A DNA stretch of 64,000 nucleotides, from positions 6,448,001 to 6,512,000 of the forward strand of contig OZ176050.1 of the NCBI GenBank assembly GCA_964247055.1, read 5' to 3'. The stretch comes from Paragordius varius. Its lineage: Eukaryota; Animalia; Nematomorpha. The position numbers were made by a program, and so were the translations under genes. The notes beneath the pieces are model-generated. The model was given only the letters and a program-made list of their open reading frames with translations, did no database searches and was not told the origin of the DNA. Shown piece after piece: positions 12,582 to 25,000 of this stretch. Position 1 is the first letter of the stretch. Each line of letters begins with the position of its first letter.

Positions 12582-15500
12582 ATGATGGTTAAAATTCCCG
12601 TTTTGCATATTAGAAAATTACAACTGTACCAAGTACTTTTTTAATTTATTCCCATAGATAAAACGATTAATGTCTACCAGGATAGAAAAGGACACTATGG
12701 GAGAAATTAAAGTACCATCAAATAAATATTACGGGGCCCAAACAGCTCGATCTTTGCAAAATTTTGCTATAGGAGGTACAATGGAACAAATGCCTATAAA
12801 GGTAATACGTGCTATGGCGATTCTGAAAAAAGCCGCTGCCATTGCAAACATTGATTTTGGTTTAGACCCTAAACTATCCAAAGCGATACAAGATGCATCA
12901 GATGAAGTTTAAATGCATTGTAAGTTAATAATAGGTTATTAGTGGTAAACTTGATGATAATTTTCCCTTAACGATTTGGCAAACTGGATCTGGTACACAA
13001 ACAAATATGAATGTTAATGAAGTCATAAGTAACCGAGCAATCGAGATGCTTGGCGGAAAATTGGGATCGAAATCCCCAGTACATCCAAATGATCATGTTA
13101 ATAAAAGCCAAGTAACTATTTAAATACCATCTTTTTTTTAATTTTTTTTTGTTTAATGCCATTTTAAACCTACCATTTAACACTAACTATAAGTGCTACT
13201 GTATATCATCTTAATATATTTTGATTAGATTAATACAGTTTTTTTAAATCTTTAGGATGGAGATGTGATAATTTTAAATTTGGAAGTTAACCCAACTCCA
13301 AAATAAATAATATAAATTATTATTATAGCATTTTTTCTGATGTTAATCGATACAGAAAAATTTATTATTAATTAATTTATTACGACGTATAAATAAGCTG
13401 GTTTGCTAATGACTATGATTATTGCTATCTTATTCTTAAAAATTATTTAATATTCATTTGATTTTAATATCGATATTTAGATTGATATCTAAATAACATC
13501 ACGATGATTATATAATGGTTCATAAACTTTTAGCTCTTACACAATATTTTTATATATTGTGGCAGTGCTTTGACTACAAAATTGAAGTTTACGATGATTT
13601 TTCTCAATGGTGTATAATTTAAGGCTAATTTTTACTTCCCTTGTTATAAAATTCTTCACAAAGGAGGTTTTTGCAGAACATTCATAGTGGCTTTTCTGTT
13701 AAGTTCGATGAACTTACAGGAGAGATCAGTTTTAAATGCAACAAAAACAAGTATTTGAAAACGAGTTTTTTTTCAAGGGTATGTAAAAAGTATAAATTTA
13801 ATTATACACAATGTATATTCAAGAGATTATGGCAAACATAAATTTCATAGTCTAAATAACTATTTATTTAGAGCTCAAACGATACATTTCCTACGGCTAT
13901 GCATATTGCTCTTGCTATTGATCTAAACCAATTTCTTATACCTAATCTCAAAATTTTTATGGAAGCATTGAAACGTAAAAGGGAAGAATTCAAAGACCTT
14001 ATTAAGATTGGACGTACGCACACGCAGGTATGATACGTCTCTGCATTTGATTATTTTTAATAATTGATAAAACAATGTTTAGTTTATCCAAAAAATCCCC
14101 CCCCCCCCTTCATCCCCAAAAAACAAAGATAAAAATGCAAAATTTATAATATTATAAAAACTATGCAATTGTTGAAAAATTTTTTCCATATCGGGTACTA
14201 ATCTTGATAGTTTGCACCTTTTTTTTACTAGAATTCTCCAAACTTTCACGGCCCGCGCCTCCTAAATTTTTCTACACCCCCCTTTAACAACTAATATAAG
14301 TTTTAGATAAAATGTAACAGTTGCGTATATTTGCGTATAAATAAGGTTATATATTATGGTCATCCTTATTTTATCATTTAAAATGATTACTCGAGCAATT
14401 TTCGACAGAAATTTATTAACCAAAATACTAAACTAGGATCATTATGCGAGTATTATTTCCCGTTCCATTTTGATGTACGAATTTACAATGAAATATTTTA
14501 TTTCCTTATTCAAATTTTATATATATTTCCTAATTTTAATATCTAGCTTTCTATTGTATCGATTTTACAAAGTTATAAGCTTATTTGCCGTGATATACAT
14601 ATTTTTGCATCCAAAATTTAATTCATAAAATAATATTGTTTAAGATGACAAACTGCACAACCCTATAAATATCGCATATAATATCGATATATATCCCATA
14701 ATATATAAAAATTATTTCTGGAAATATATATATATATATATAGGATGCTGTCCCGATGACCTTAGGTCAAGAGTTTGGTGGTTATGAACAGCAAATCAAA
14801 TTTGGTATTGAGCGAATCGAATCAACTCTACCTCATCTATCCCTGCTAGCTATCGGTATTTAGGTTTTTATTTGATATTAAATTGAGCATTTAAATGTGA
14901 AAAAAGTAATGGCTTTAACTTTTTGATGGACCTGAAAAAAAAACAATATAGGTATAAAAAATATTTTAATTAGAACAGGGCTGCTTAATCATTACATAAG
15001 CTATATAAAAAAAATTGGAAAAACATATAATGGATGCACCGCCATTTAATGGCGAATCCCTATACAAATGATGAGGGGTGGTTAACACGCGACTCATAAG
15101 TATTTTTTGAGGGGCCTGTGAAAATTTTTCAAAAAATGTTATAAAATGAAAAAAATGCGGAATAATCGAAATTATGCGATAATTTTTTTAAATTGGATTT
15201 TAAACCAAAAATTAAAAGGATTTAAATTATTGATGCGGTCCGCTAAAATTTGTGTTGAACACCCCTGGTATAAGTTTTTACATAGGTTAAAATCAAATAT
15301 ATATGTTCTATTTTTATTATTTATTTTTTTTGCTGATTTGACTTTTCTGTTGGTATTTAAGGAGGTACAGCTGTCGGTACTGGATTAAATACGCGAGTTG
15401 GATTTGCCGAAAAAGTTTCTGAAGAAATATCTAAAATCACAGGTTTTTTTTACTAAATTTCTCTTTCTTATGCTGGATTATAAGTCATAAATATTACTTA

Positions 15501-18500
15501 TATTATGATAATACGTATTTACCTTTCAATATTTTAAAAAATTATATTTTTTAGATGGAATTTATCTAATTGTAATTGGTCACTTGAATACTTTTCTACG
15601 AAAACCATAATATATTCAATATCTTTATTATGATATAAAACTTTTTTGTATCCATTTTTGTTTAATGAATTCTCCGATTTTCCCCCATTTATATGCCGAT
15701 CAATAAAAGTTGACAAAATAAGAATTTAAAAAAATGACTTTTTCAAATTCATGAAGTTTTATTATTGGTTTACCCGGCACAAAATTAGATTACTTCAGTA
15801 AGAAACAAATAGTTGAATTGAGCGGAATCTTAAATACGCATGTTTTTACATAAAAATCAAAGCTTTCGATTAATAATCGTTCGCAAAATAATTATAGAAA
15901 TCACTACAATATAATTAAATAAATGTTTTGTAAATTTTATTTCTAACTGACACATATGTTTTACACAAAAAGTTTGACTGTATAAATACGTAATTATAAT
16001 TTCATTTGTTTTAGGGTTACAGTTCAAACCGGCACCAAATAAATTTGAAGCTTTAGCCAGTAACGACACAATGGTTGAAGTGAGTGGAGCTTTAAATACT
16101 CTAGCTTGTTCTTACATGAAAATCGCGAATGATATCCGTTTCCTAGGATCTGGTCCACGTTGCGGTTTAGCCGAAATCATTTTGCCAGAAAATGAACCTG
16201 GTAGTAGTATTATGCCTGGCAAAGTATGCTTGCTTTTTTTACGTTTGTCGTAAAAATATATATGTGCAAGAATTTTACATAGAGATTTTTCGGTAATTTA
16301 TAGCAAAATGATGTAAAGTATGCTTATTCACTGGCCTAATCATTGTTGGCCAATTGGTGGTATAGTAGTGTGTGTTATAAACAATTTTTTTTCCATTATT
16401 AAATAAACAAGAGGCATTGTTTAAGTTTAGCATTTTGTTGATTAATTACACTAATATGTTGCCAATCGGCCAACATTAATGTGAATAGACCAACATAAAT
16501 GTGTATACTGTAAATGAAAAAAATGCAATATACATTGCTGTTTTTTCATTAATGCTGTATATGCTATCCAGCAATATTAAATGAAAAACTGGCAATATAT
16601 AGTTATTCATTGTAATATTTACCGTGTCAAAGATAATTATATTGATTTAATTATGTGTTATATTAAATGTTAATCCATAGTTTTATTATAAATTTTATAA
16701 AAATATTTGATAGTAACCGAATCCTCTCTAATTTTCAGTCTTATCCTTAATTCTTTTAATCTTTAAAACCTGAGCAAAATATTTCATTTTTGCATTTATT
16801 AATTTATCCTATTAGGCGCAAATTTAATACATTTAGATTGAAGGTAATAAAAATGCGAAAACTTGATTTTTTGGTTTATATTTTGAGTCAGTTAATTTGA
16901 TTAAATTCTATGAAAAATGAAGCAAAAAATTAATTTTAATTTGTAATTTATCAGGTTAATCCAACACAATGTGAAAGCATGACTATGATTGCCTGTCAGG
17001 TATATTAACTATAAATTTTTTTGAACAAGAAATTAAATTATAATATATGCATCTTTTAAAAGGACCAATAAGATAATTAAAAAACATTGTTTATATTTTC
17101 TGTGTAATTTGTTAAATATTTATATTCTTTAGCAATAAAATTGTATTTTAGCAGTTATAAGCGGTTTTCTATTAATTTATCTATTTATTTTGTTTAATTT
17201 TATTTCAATATAAAAAGCATCGTTACACTTTAAATATAGTCTTAAAATAAAGTTTGGAAAGTAAAATAAAAGTATTAATATTAACTAAATAAAAGTTTTT
17301 TTGGTTTAAGTGAAATGACCCCTAAATTTGCACGCTTTGTAATAGCAATTTTAGATGGTTTAAGAAGTAATTTTAAATATGGAAAATAATTTTTAGCAAA
17401 AAACAAATTCATTTTTACCCACCAACTTATTTTTTTCATTTAGATTATAAGTTTTGTTTGACTTTTTATATATGCTAATTTTGCGCGTAATGTATTAAGG
17501 GAATAATTTGTTTTAATACTTGAATTTGGAGATAAATTTGATTACAAATTAGGTTATTGGTAATCATATGGCTTTGACAGTCGGTGCTTCCAACGGACAC
17601 TTTGAATTGAATGTTTTTAAGCCGTTAATTATTAGCAATGTTTTAAGATCTTCCCGATTGCTTTCAGATTCAGCCTACACATTTACTACGCATTGCCTAA
17701 CCGGCCTTAAGGCCAACAGGGTACTAATTTTACGTTTTAAATACCAAAATTTTAGAATCGATTGAAATAAAATCATTATCTTTCAAACATACGATTAATA
17801 TTCATAAACTTAAACCCACTTATTACGAACCAGCTTATTAATTCACAGAGATATAATATCGCGATAAATTGTTGCATTTAATATATTGTTAGTGTAAAAA
17901 ATATTTTATTTGCTAATATGTTGACTTTTTTAATTATATATATATATATATATATATGTATATGTATATATAACTTAATTCTGCAATTAAAATGTTCCAC
18001 TAAAGATTCACTTGTTCTAATTAAATAAAATATCATATATATATTTTTATTTTAAAGCAAAATAACTTATTTTGTCATTCTTAATAAAGAGTTTTTTAAT
18101 TTATTAGAGTTTATATGGATATTGCTTAAAGTTTAACATCGATTATAAATAATCCTAAATTGACTATCATATTTTCATACATACAGGAACAAATTGCGAA
18201 ATACGTGAAAGATTCACTCATGTTAGTTACAGCTTTAAATCCACATATTGGTTATGATAAAGCTGCGAAAATCGCTAAATTAGCACATTCAAAAGGTATC
18301 AATTCGAAGTTTTGGTATTTTTGATGTTTCTCTATATAAATAAGCATAAAAAGTATTTTAATATATAGAGCATCATTTTATCCTTTTTTAAAATTTGAAA
18401 TTAGGTTAATTTTTATCACAATTGTTTTTACGTTGTTAACCTTAAAATATTCAATCTAAATTGGTATTTAAAACCTATTCCGTTTCAATTTTTTCCTTTA

Positions 18501-18717
18501 AATCCGGATCAATATTTTTTAATACCGGTTCCTAAACATATTTGTGATTGTTTTTGGTTTGATAGTACTAATTTCGTATCTTAAGTTTGTAAAAACGAAA
18601 CCTTATAATTTGCTAGGTTGCACCCTCAAAGAAGCAGGTATAGAATTGGGATATTTAAATGCCGAACAATACGATTCATGGGTCGACCCGAAACAAATGT
18701 TAGGACCGATGCCATAA
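12582..18717 (+). CDS. FH: Class II fumarate hydratase (fumarase) with N-terminal mitochondrial-targeting-like peptide
   Basis: Exons 12582-12632, 12658-12906, 12935-13111, 13872-14027, 14744-14855, 15362-15442, 16015-16223, 16955-16999, 17553-17720, 18187-18295 and 18617-18717 are all GT-AG and in phase. Signature motifs include [62 protein letters not shown] and [19 protein letters not shown]. The first exon assignment is less certain than the rest. Confidence 0.97.
12633..12657 (+). other. Predicted 25-nt GT-AG intron in fumarase
   Basis: Removing gtactttttttaatttattcccatag joins [17 protein letters not shown] to [12 protein letters not shown] in frame. The intron contains an in-frame TAA. 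Confidence 0.7.
12907..12934 (+). other. 28-nt GT-AG intron in fumarase
   Basis: gtttaaatgcattgtaagttaataatag must be removed to give the conserved ASDE|[11 protein letters not shown]. An in-frame TAA at 12910 excludes read-through or use of the internal gtaagt donor. Confidence 0.93.
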
Positions 18718-19099
18718 AATCAATATAAAATTTACAAAATATTTATCCATAATAATTTATTCATATCCAATCTAATCCAAGAGTATGGGATGTTAACTCA
18801 TCATCCTTTATTATCAATGTGATAAAATCATTAAAATAGTACTGCAATTTTGTCTCATCATCATGACATTATGAATATTTATACATGCACACACTTTATG
18901 TACATGGCTCGCATTATTAATGTATTGTTTTGTATACATAGAAAAAAAGAGGCTTCATCAAAAAATTTATGGTTAAAAATGTTGGGATAATCATTAATTA
19001 TTATTATGAAAAAAAAGACATCCATCCTATCTATATAAATTAATAATATGCTGCATATATTTTATATACACATTTGATTCATCCAAATTTAATTCAATG

Positions 19100-22000
19100 T
19101 TAACGACTAAATGCAGAATTTTTTCCTTTTGGTTCAACACCGTTTCCAGCCAAAGAAGTAGTCTTTGTCGCCGTTGTCCCACCATATTGATGATTGTTGT
19201 TTCGATTATTATCCGTAGTATTTTGAGATGTAGATGTGGTTACATTACTTTTAGATGATGATCCAGTAATTTTATTATAATAAGACGATGATGAGGAACC
19301 AAACGTTGTTCTTTTATTCATCAAGCTGCTATTACTATAATTGTTATTGGTATTTATGTGATTTCGTGCATGGTTGCTATAAAAATTATTATTATTGGTG
19401 TAACGAGTAGTACTTGTCGTGGTGGTTGTCAATGTTAAAGGCGATTGATGTTTATAGAAAGAAGTAGTCGTAATATTTGACAAAGATTGTTCCAACGGTG
19501 GTGTAATTGTAACATTTGTACTATTTTGCAGAGTGGTACTACTTCGATAATTATCCAAAACACTAGAGGGTCTACGTTTTCCCAACGTTTCCAAAGTGGT
19601 GAGTGGGGATGGCTTTAATCCTCCTGGCGTCGTTTCAACCCTCTCTCGAAGAACAACATTGCTAGCGTTGTTATTGTGTGTCGCCGCCCCTAAACTCATA
19701 GCACGAAATTGGGCATTGAGATGAGGTGCATGTTGTTGCGACACATTCATCAAGGGAGATGGTGTTAACAAATTCAATGGTCTTGCTGCACCAACACCTT
19801 AAATAAAATTTTTTAAATGACCTGGTTTACCATACATATATACCATTTACAGTTCAAATTCACCCTTGAACAAAACAAATTCACCTTCAAACAATTCAAA
19901 TTCACCCTAAAAATAAATTAGGTGTTTTCGAACTAATATAACTTATTATTAATATAATATATATTTATGGCATAGTTCATTATTTTTTCAGTATTATTTT
20001 AATTTAAAACAAAATTTTTATTTGAGGGTGAATTTAAATTGTTTAAGGGTGAATTTGAATTGTTTAAGGGTGAATATGAATTGTTGAAGGGTGAATTTGA
20101 ATTGTTTAAGGGTGAATTTGAATTGTAAATGGTATATTAAAATAGTGTAAACCAAAAGCGTTTATAGATTAAATTATATATTTTTATATTTATGTTGTTG
20201 ATATAGGGTAAACTTAAACTTGATATGTAAAAAGAATCACTTGTGTCCAGTATTTTCATAAAGTTTAACCTAAAATTGGCCAACAAAGTACTGCTAACTA
20301 ATGATGTTTGGTGGATCAGTTTTGTTGAACTAACAGTAGAGGCCAGTTTGGATGTTCTGAAAAATATTTTGATCGCGAAGAGTTTTTTTCACTAGTGCAT
20401 GTATTAAATAAAAACCTTGCCCCAATAATTTTGAAGTCATAGATATGTATTACCCTTACATAATAAAATAAATTATACACACAAAACAACAGTATTTTTA
20501 AAAACACAACAAGAGTTTATAAATCTTAGCTTTTCCTACATAAAAAATAATTACTACTTAGATTTATTATTGAGCGTGTTGCCAATTTTCAGCTATAAAC
20601 CTCCCTCCAAACGATGAGTTATATATAAAAAAATCTGGTATGGTTGTCATTTACTATTTACGTTTTATCTTTTAAATTTTTACTGTGTTTGAAAAGTACC
20701 CAAATAGTTTTAACAACGCATATGAAATGAAAACATTTATCATGAAATGTATATTATACCATTATTCCCTGTTGTAGACATGATGGTATTGCTCATTTTA
20801 TTATTATTATTGGGTAAATGTGTCATGTTATACTGGGCAGGCGCAGCAACTAAAGGCGGCGGAAGCATAGGCATTATTGGAGGTGGAGGCGGAAATCCGA
20901 CAGGCGTCAAAGTGCCCGACAAAAAGGGCAAAGGAGGAGGAGGAGGTAAGGGTCCTACCAAATTACTCATTGATTTAGGACCATTACCTGTATATTATAC
21001 ATAAATATGTTCAATGGTTGTAATAACCATGTTATTGGTTAATAATTAAAATAGAGAGTTTAGGTCGTTTTTTTCTTGTATTAAAGAGAGGTGAATTGTA
21101 TCAAGACTTGTGAACAACGCTTTAAGTAATGATAAAAAAAATGCGTAGTTTCTTTCGAACTCTGGCATTCCTCACACAGACAATGTAAGAGTCCGGCGCC
21201 CTACCTACCATACCATCACGCCATGTTTTAGATTGATAAATATGGCATTTCGACATATTTATATTCGTAAAAACTAAAACTTGTAAAAGTATAGTATGCA
21301 TACACATGTTATGCAAGAAAAGTTGATAAATGCACCTGAGGAACTATTTAAGCATTTAAACGTTTGTATTCGTAAAACTAACTTTCGACCTATAAAATTT
21401 TGGTTGTGTGGTTGTAAAAGATAAAATATTATTACAAAAAAAACAAATTTTATAAATGCACCTGATGAATTATTTGACGAAACCTCGATGTAAGATTGAG
21501 CAAAATTATTATTATTAGTGCTATTGTTACCATAAACCATGATTGGATTCATGAGCGTTGCCGTGGTGGTTGATGCAGATTGATTACCTATATTACATAT
21601 ATTTCAAATTTAAATTCAACTAACACTAAATATTCGAAAATATAATATATACCATTTACAATTCAAACAGACCCTTGAACTATTCGAATTCCCCCTAAAA
21701 ATAAATTATGTTTCGGGCTAATATAACTCATCATTAATATAAAATAAATTTATATATAGTTTATTATTTTTTCAGCATTATATTAATTTTAACCAGATTT
21801 CATATTTTAAAAATATTAAAAAATGGTAATTTTTACTCTTAAAAAACACATTATTTATTTTAGGGTGAATTTGAATTGTTCAAGGGTGATGAACCGTAAA
21901 TGGTAGATATAATAAACGCTAAAAAGAGAATTAAGGTAGGGTAATAAAGTACGAATACTTTAATAATTTTAAAATAATTACTTCACATAATGATACTTGA

Positions 22001-25000
22001 GCGTAAATAGGTTAGTCTTTACAGGTCAACAAAATGAAAATTAAATTAAACTGGATTATAAAGTTACCCATATTTTCAACCATGTTTTTAGCCGGATTTG
22101 GGTTCGCATTTGATATCATATATGTTCCGTTTTCAAGTACGGAATTCGGAGTCTGGTAGACTATGTTATTTGTATTGAATGCAGTAGATACTAGGGGGAT
22201 CATGGGAGTTATACTCGATGAATAGTGTGGCAACATGCCAGATTTAAGGTTAGGGTTAATGTTGTAAGAAGATCCCACGGGCATAATGTTTTGATGAGTA
22301 TGGTTAAGGTTAGTGACAAAATTTGTTTGCTAATTAACATAATAAAAAAATATAAGAAGGGTCAACATCGGCCTACACGATAGTATGCATTTCATAGAAA
22401 TATGTTTTAATCTGCAGCAATGAATAAAATAGCGGAACATTTTGTAAAATTTATTTTTTAGACAAAATAAAGGAAAAGATATAAATGTGCCTGTTGTAAA
22501 AACTTTGATCACACAACTTTTCCAGCGTTTTATTAGCCCAGATATTACAATTTCAAATATTAGCTCAAAAATGATATGATATATATTATGCCAATTATTG
22601 GTATTAAGGATTTATTCAAGGTTTATTATCGACCTGTATTTAAAACAAGTATAGCTATAAAACTAGTTTTAATATACACATAATCTGGAGTCTCTTTTTT
22701 TCCTTTTTTATTGTGATTGTACATAGCCCTTGATGAAACAAACGGTTTAACCCTTAGCCCAAAACAAGTATGTAAAAGTAGTATACCGGTATCCCATTCA
22801 TTCCCATCTGATTTTGGATGAACGCGTAAGGCAACAACATGGGAGCAGTTGGCTGCTGTGATGAATTATTTCCCCCCTGGAATGCAATGAGAGAAGGCAT
22901 CATTCCAGCGTTTGCAAATCCTCCTCCTGCTGCTGCTGCTGCGTTCAGAATTGGTAACGAGGGAGGTGCATAAATCATCCTTTGAGCCAAACCCACATTA
23001 GTACTATTATTTGCATCCATGGTGCTATTTCATAGTAAAAATTAAAATTTAAGGAGACAAACCTATCTGAAAAAAAGGCTCTTATTAATTAATAGTATAA
23101 AGACATCACATATATTTTATACCATGATTTTTCAAATATACCCTATCGTTTCGGGTGTCGAAAAGAGAAATAGAGCTGTAAATTGGTAACATTCGCATTT
23201 ATATATACGACAATTAATTGGAATTATATGGAGGTTATATAGAAATCAAGGTTTGACAAAAAAATAATTATTTTTATAATTTTAATTTTTACTGTATATT
23301 GCTATTGTTGAGCGTAAATTGGTTTGAAGGCATCATACTAATCATCGCAGGATTGTTGTTAATACCATCATTTTGGGCCAAACTGTTTGGGAGGGAGGAA
23401 AAAGACGGGCCAGTTATAATCGGTTGTTGCTGTTGCTGAATATAAGGTTGATAAACTGTTCCTGTTGCCCCGATTACTTCATTTCCATTCGCACTCAATA
23501 TCGTTTCAGGATAGTATTGTGGATTATTGATAATGGTTGAATTAATGTTACCGTTTTGTGATGTGTTGTTGTTACTATTTATATTAATGGTAGCATTATT
23601 AGAGGGATTGTACACATATATTGGATTAGAGTTAGGAGCCATTGATAAGAGGCTAACGTTGTTTTTAGCTGATATTATCGTAGTATTGTTAGCTGAATCC
23701 AAGAAAACCGGTTCAGATGGTAAAAGTGAACCAGAAATGCTTTCAAATCCACTGGTTGTCGCATTAAGAGCCGATGTGACAATCACAACATTGCGGTATA
23801 CATTATTATTATTGGCGTTAGAAAGTGCGTTTGTATCAGACGACGCCACGATATAAGAAACTGATGGGGGTGGAGGCGTTTTTCGCACAACAGAATTGTA
23901 TGGAATGATTGGGTTAGATGCCAACATGTTATTGTTTGGTTGTGCATAATTAGTATTGATGGCTAAATGATAAAACAAATTAGGATTGATATACATATAA
24001 TTACAGGTTCCAGTGATATTGGCATTTCCTAATAAATACATTCTAGATTGACCTATCTGCGAAGTTATTTAATAGTAATTAAATAGAAATACAGTTTTAA
24101 ATATCTTTCTCTTTTATCAAAGGATGAGATTAGCAAATTGTACAATTGGATAATTTTGCATAATGTAATCCTTTCTACCATCCTGATTCCGTATTTTGTA
24201 TTTTTCTTTTAATAAAATAATATCATGCTCTAGCATAAATTATTTTTGAGATTTTGTATGAACTAAATCAAGGTTGAATATGATTTGGTATAAATAATTC
24301 ATTTTTAGGTTATATAAAAAAATAAAAACAAAGATTTACGAACCTGGAGTAGTTGTTGAATCATTATAGTTCATGATTGGTTGGGCACAAATGTTTGCAA
24401 TATTAGCCTGGGTGAAACCTCCAGCAGTGCCTCCAAAACATGCAGCTTGTGGATTTTGCACCAAAATGTAGTATTGAGGTGATCCTGTTTTAGGGTTAAC
24501 AAGCTGAATCAGGTTAGCATTGGCCGCAGATAAATTTGTAGCATGTCCAGCCAAGGGTTGAGGTGTGTGAAACAAAATTTGGGGATGGCAATACATACCA
24601 TTCATCATGGGTGTAATGGGATTCGGTGTATTAATACCAACATTATTGTTATTGCTATACATAGTTTTATTTGTGGTATTATTCGTATTAACATCACTAC
24701 TTTGTAGGGTGGGAGGAAATACATTGTTCATCATCGCGGGAGCAGATGAGATGGAGTATGGGTGGTAATTAGAAATACCCGAGTTAGAGCTCTGCATGAA
24801 TCCTCCCGGTGGTCCGTTAAGTTCTGTCAAAACAACATTATTATTTGGATAATAATTAGGTGGGACATACATACTAATGGGGGCAGGTGGTGTTTGAATC
24901 ACATTTTTTTGAACATTATTATGAGAATGAGTTGTAAGAATATTATTATTTGTGCCATTGATTGTTATTAAATCATTGTTCAATGTTGTTACAATACTGA

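Noticed and set aside
12390-12608. Minus-strand 72-aa ORF as a divergent gene next to fumarase
   Set aside because: It overlaps the predicted fumarase leader exon, has no recognisable domain, and I found no consistent downstream exon.
14097-14116. Poly-C tract as a regulatory G-quadruplex
   Set aside because: It is a single homopolymer in an intron with no further support, and its length is error-prone in sequencing.
20026-20130. Regular 21-bp repeats as a CRISPR array
   Set aside because: The units are directly tandem with no unique spacers, lie inside a TIR element, and the DNA is eukaryotic.
20270-20600. Extra ataxin-2 cassette exons at ~20357-20273 and ~20595-20561
   Set aside because: They have plausible splice sites, but their phases do not fit the flanking phase-1 junctions without a stop.
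20747-21004. Gly-rich plus-strand ORF (also 23527-23856, 24762-25158, 43381-43971, 42471-42653)
   Set aside because: These are antisense shadows of Pro/Asn-rich ataxin-2 or ZER1 exons.
21143-21222. Functional or intron-containing tRNA-Lys
   Set aside because: The T-stem cannot pair and the acceptor stem is incomplete.
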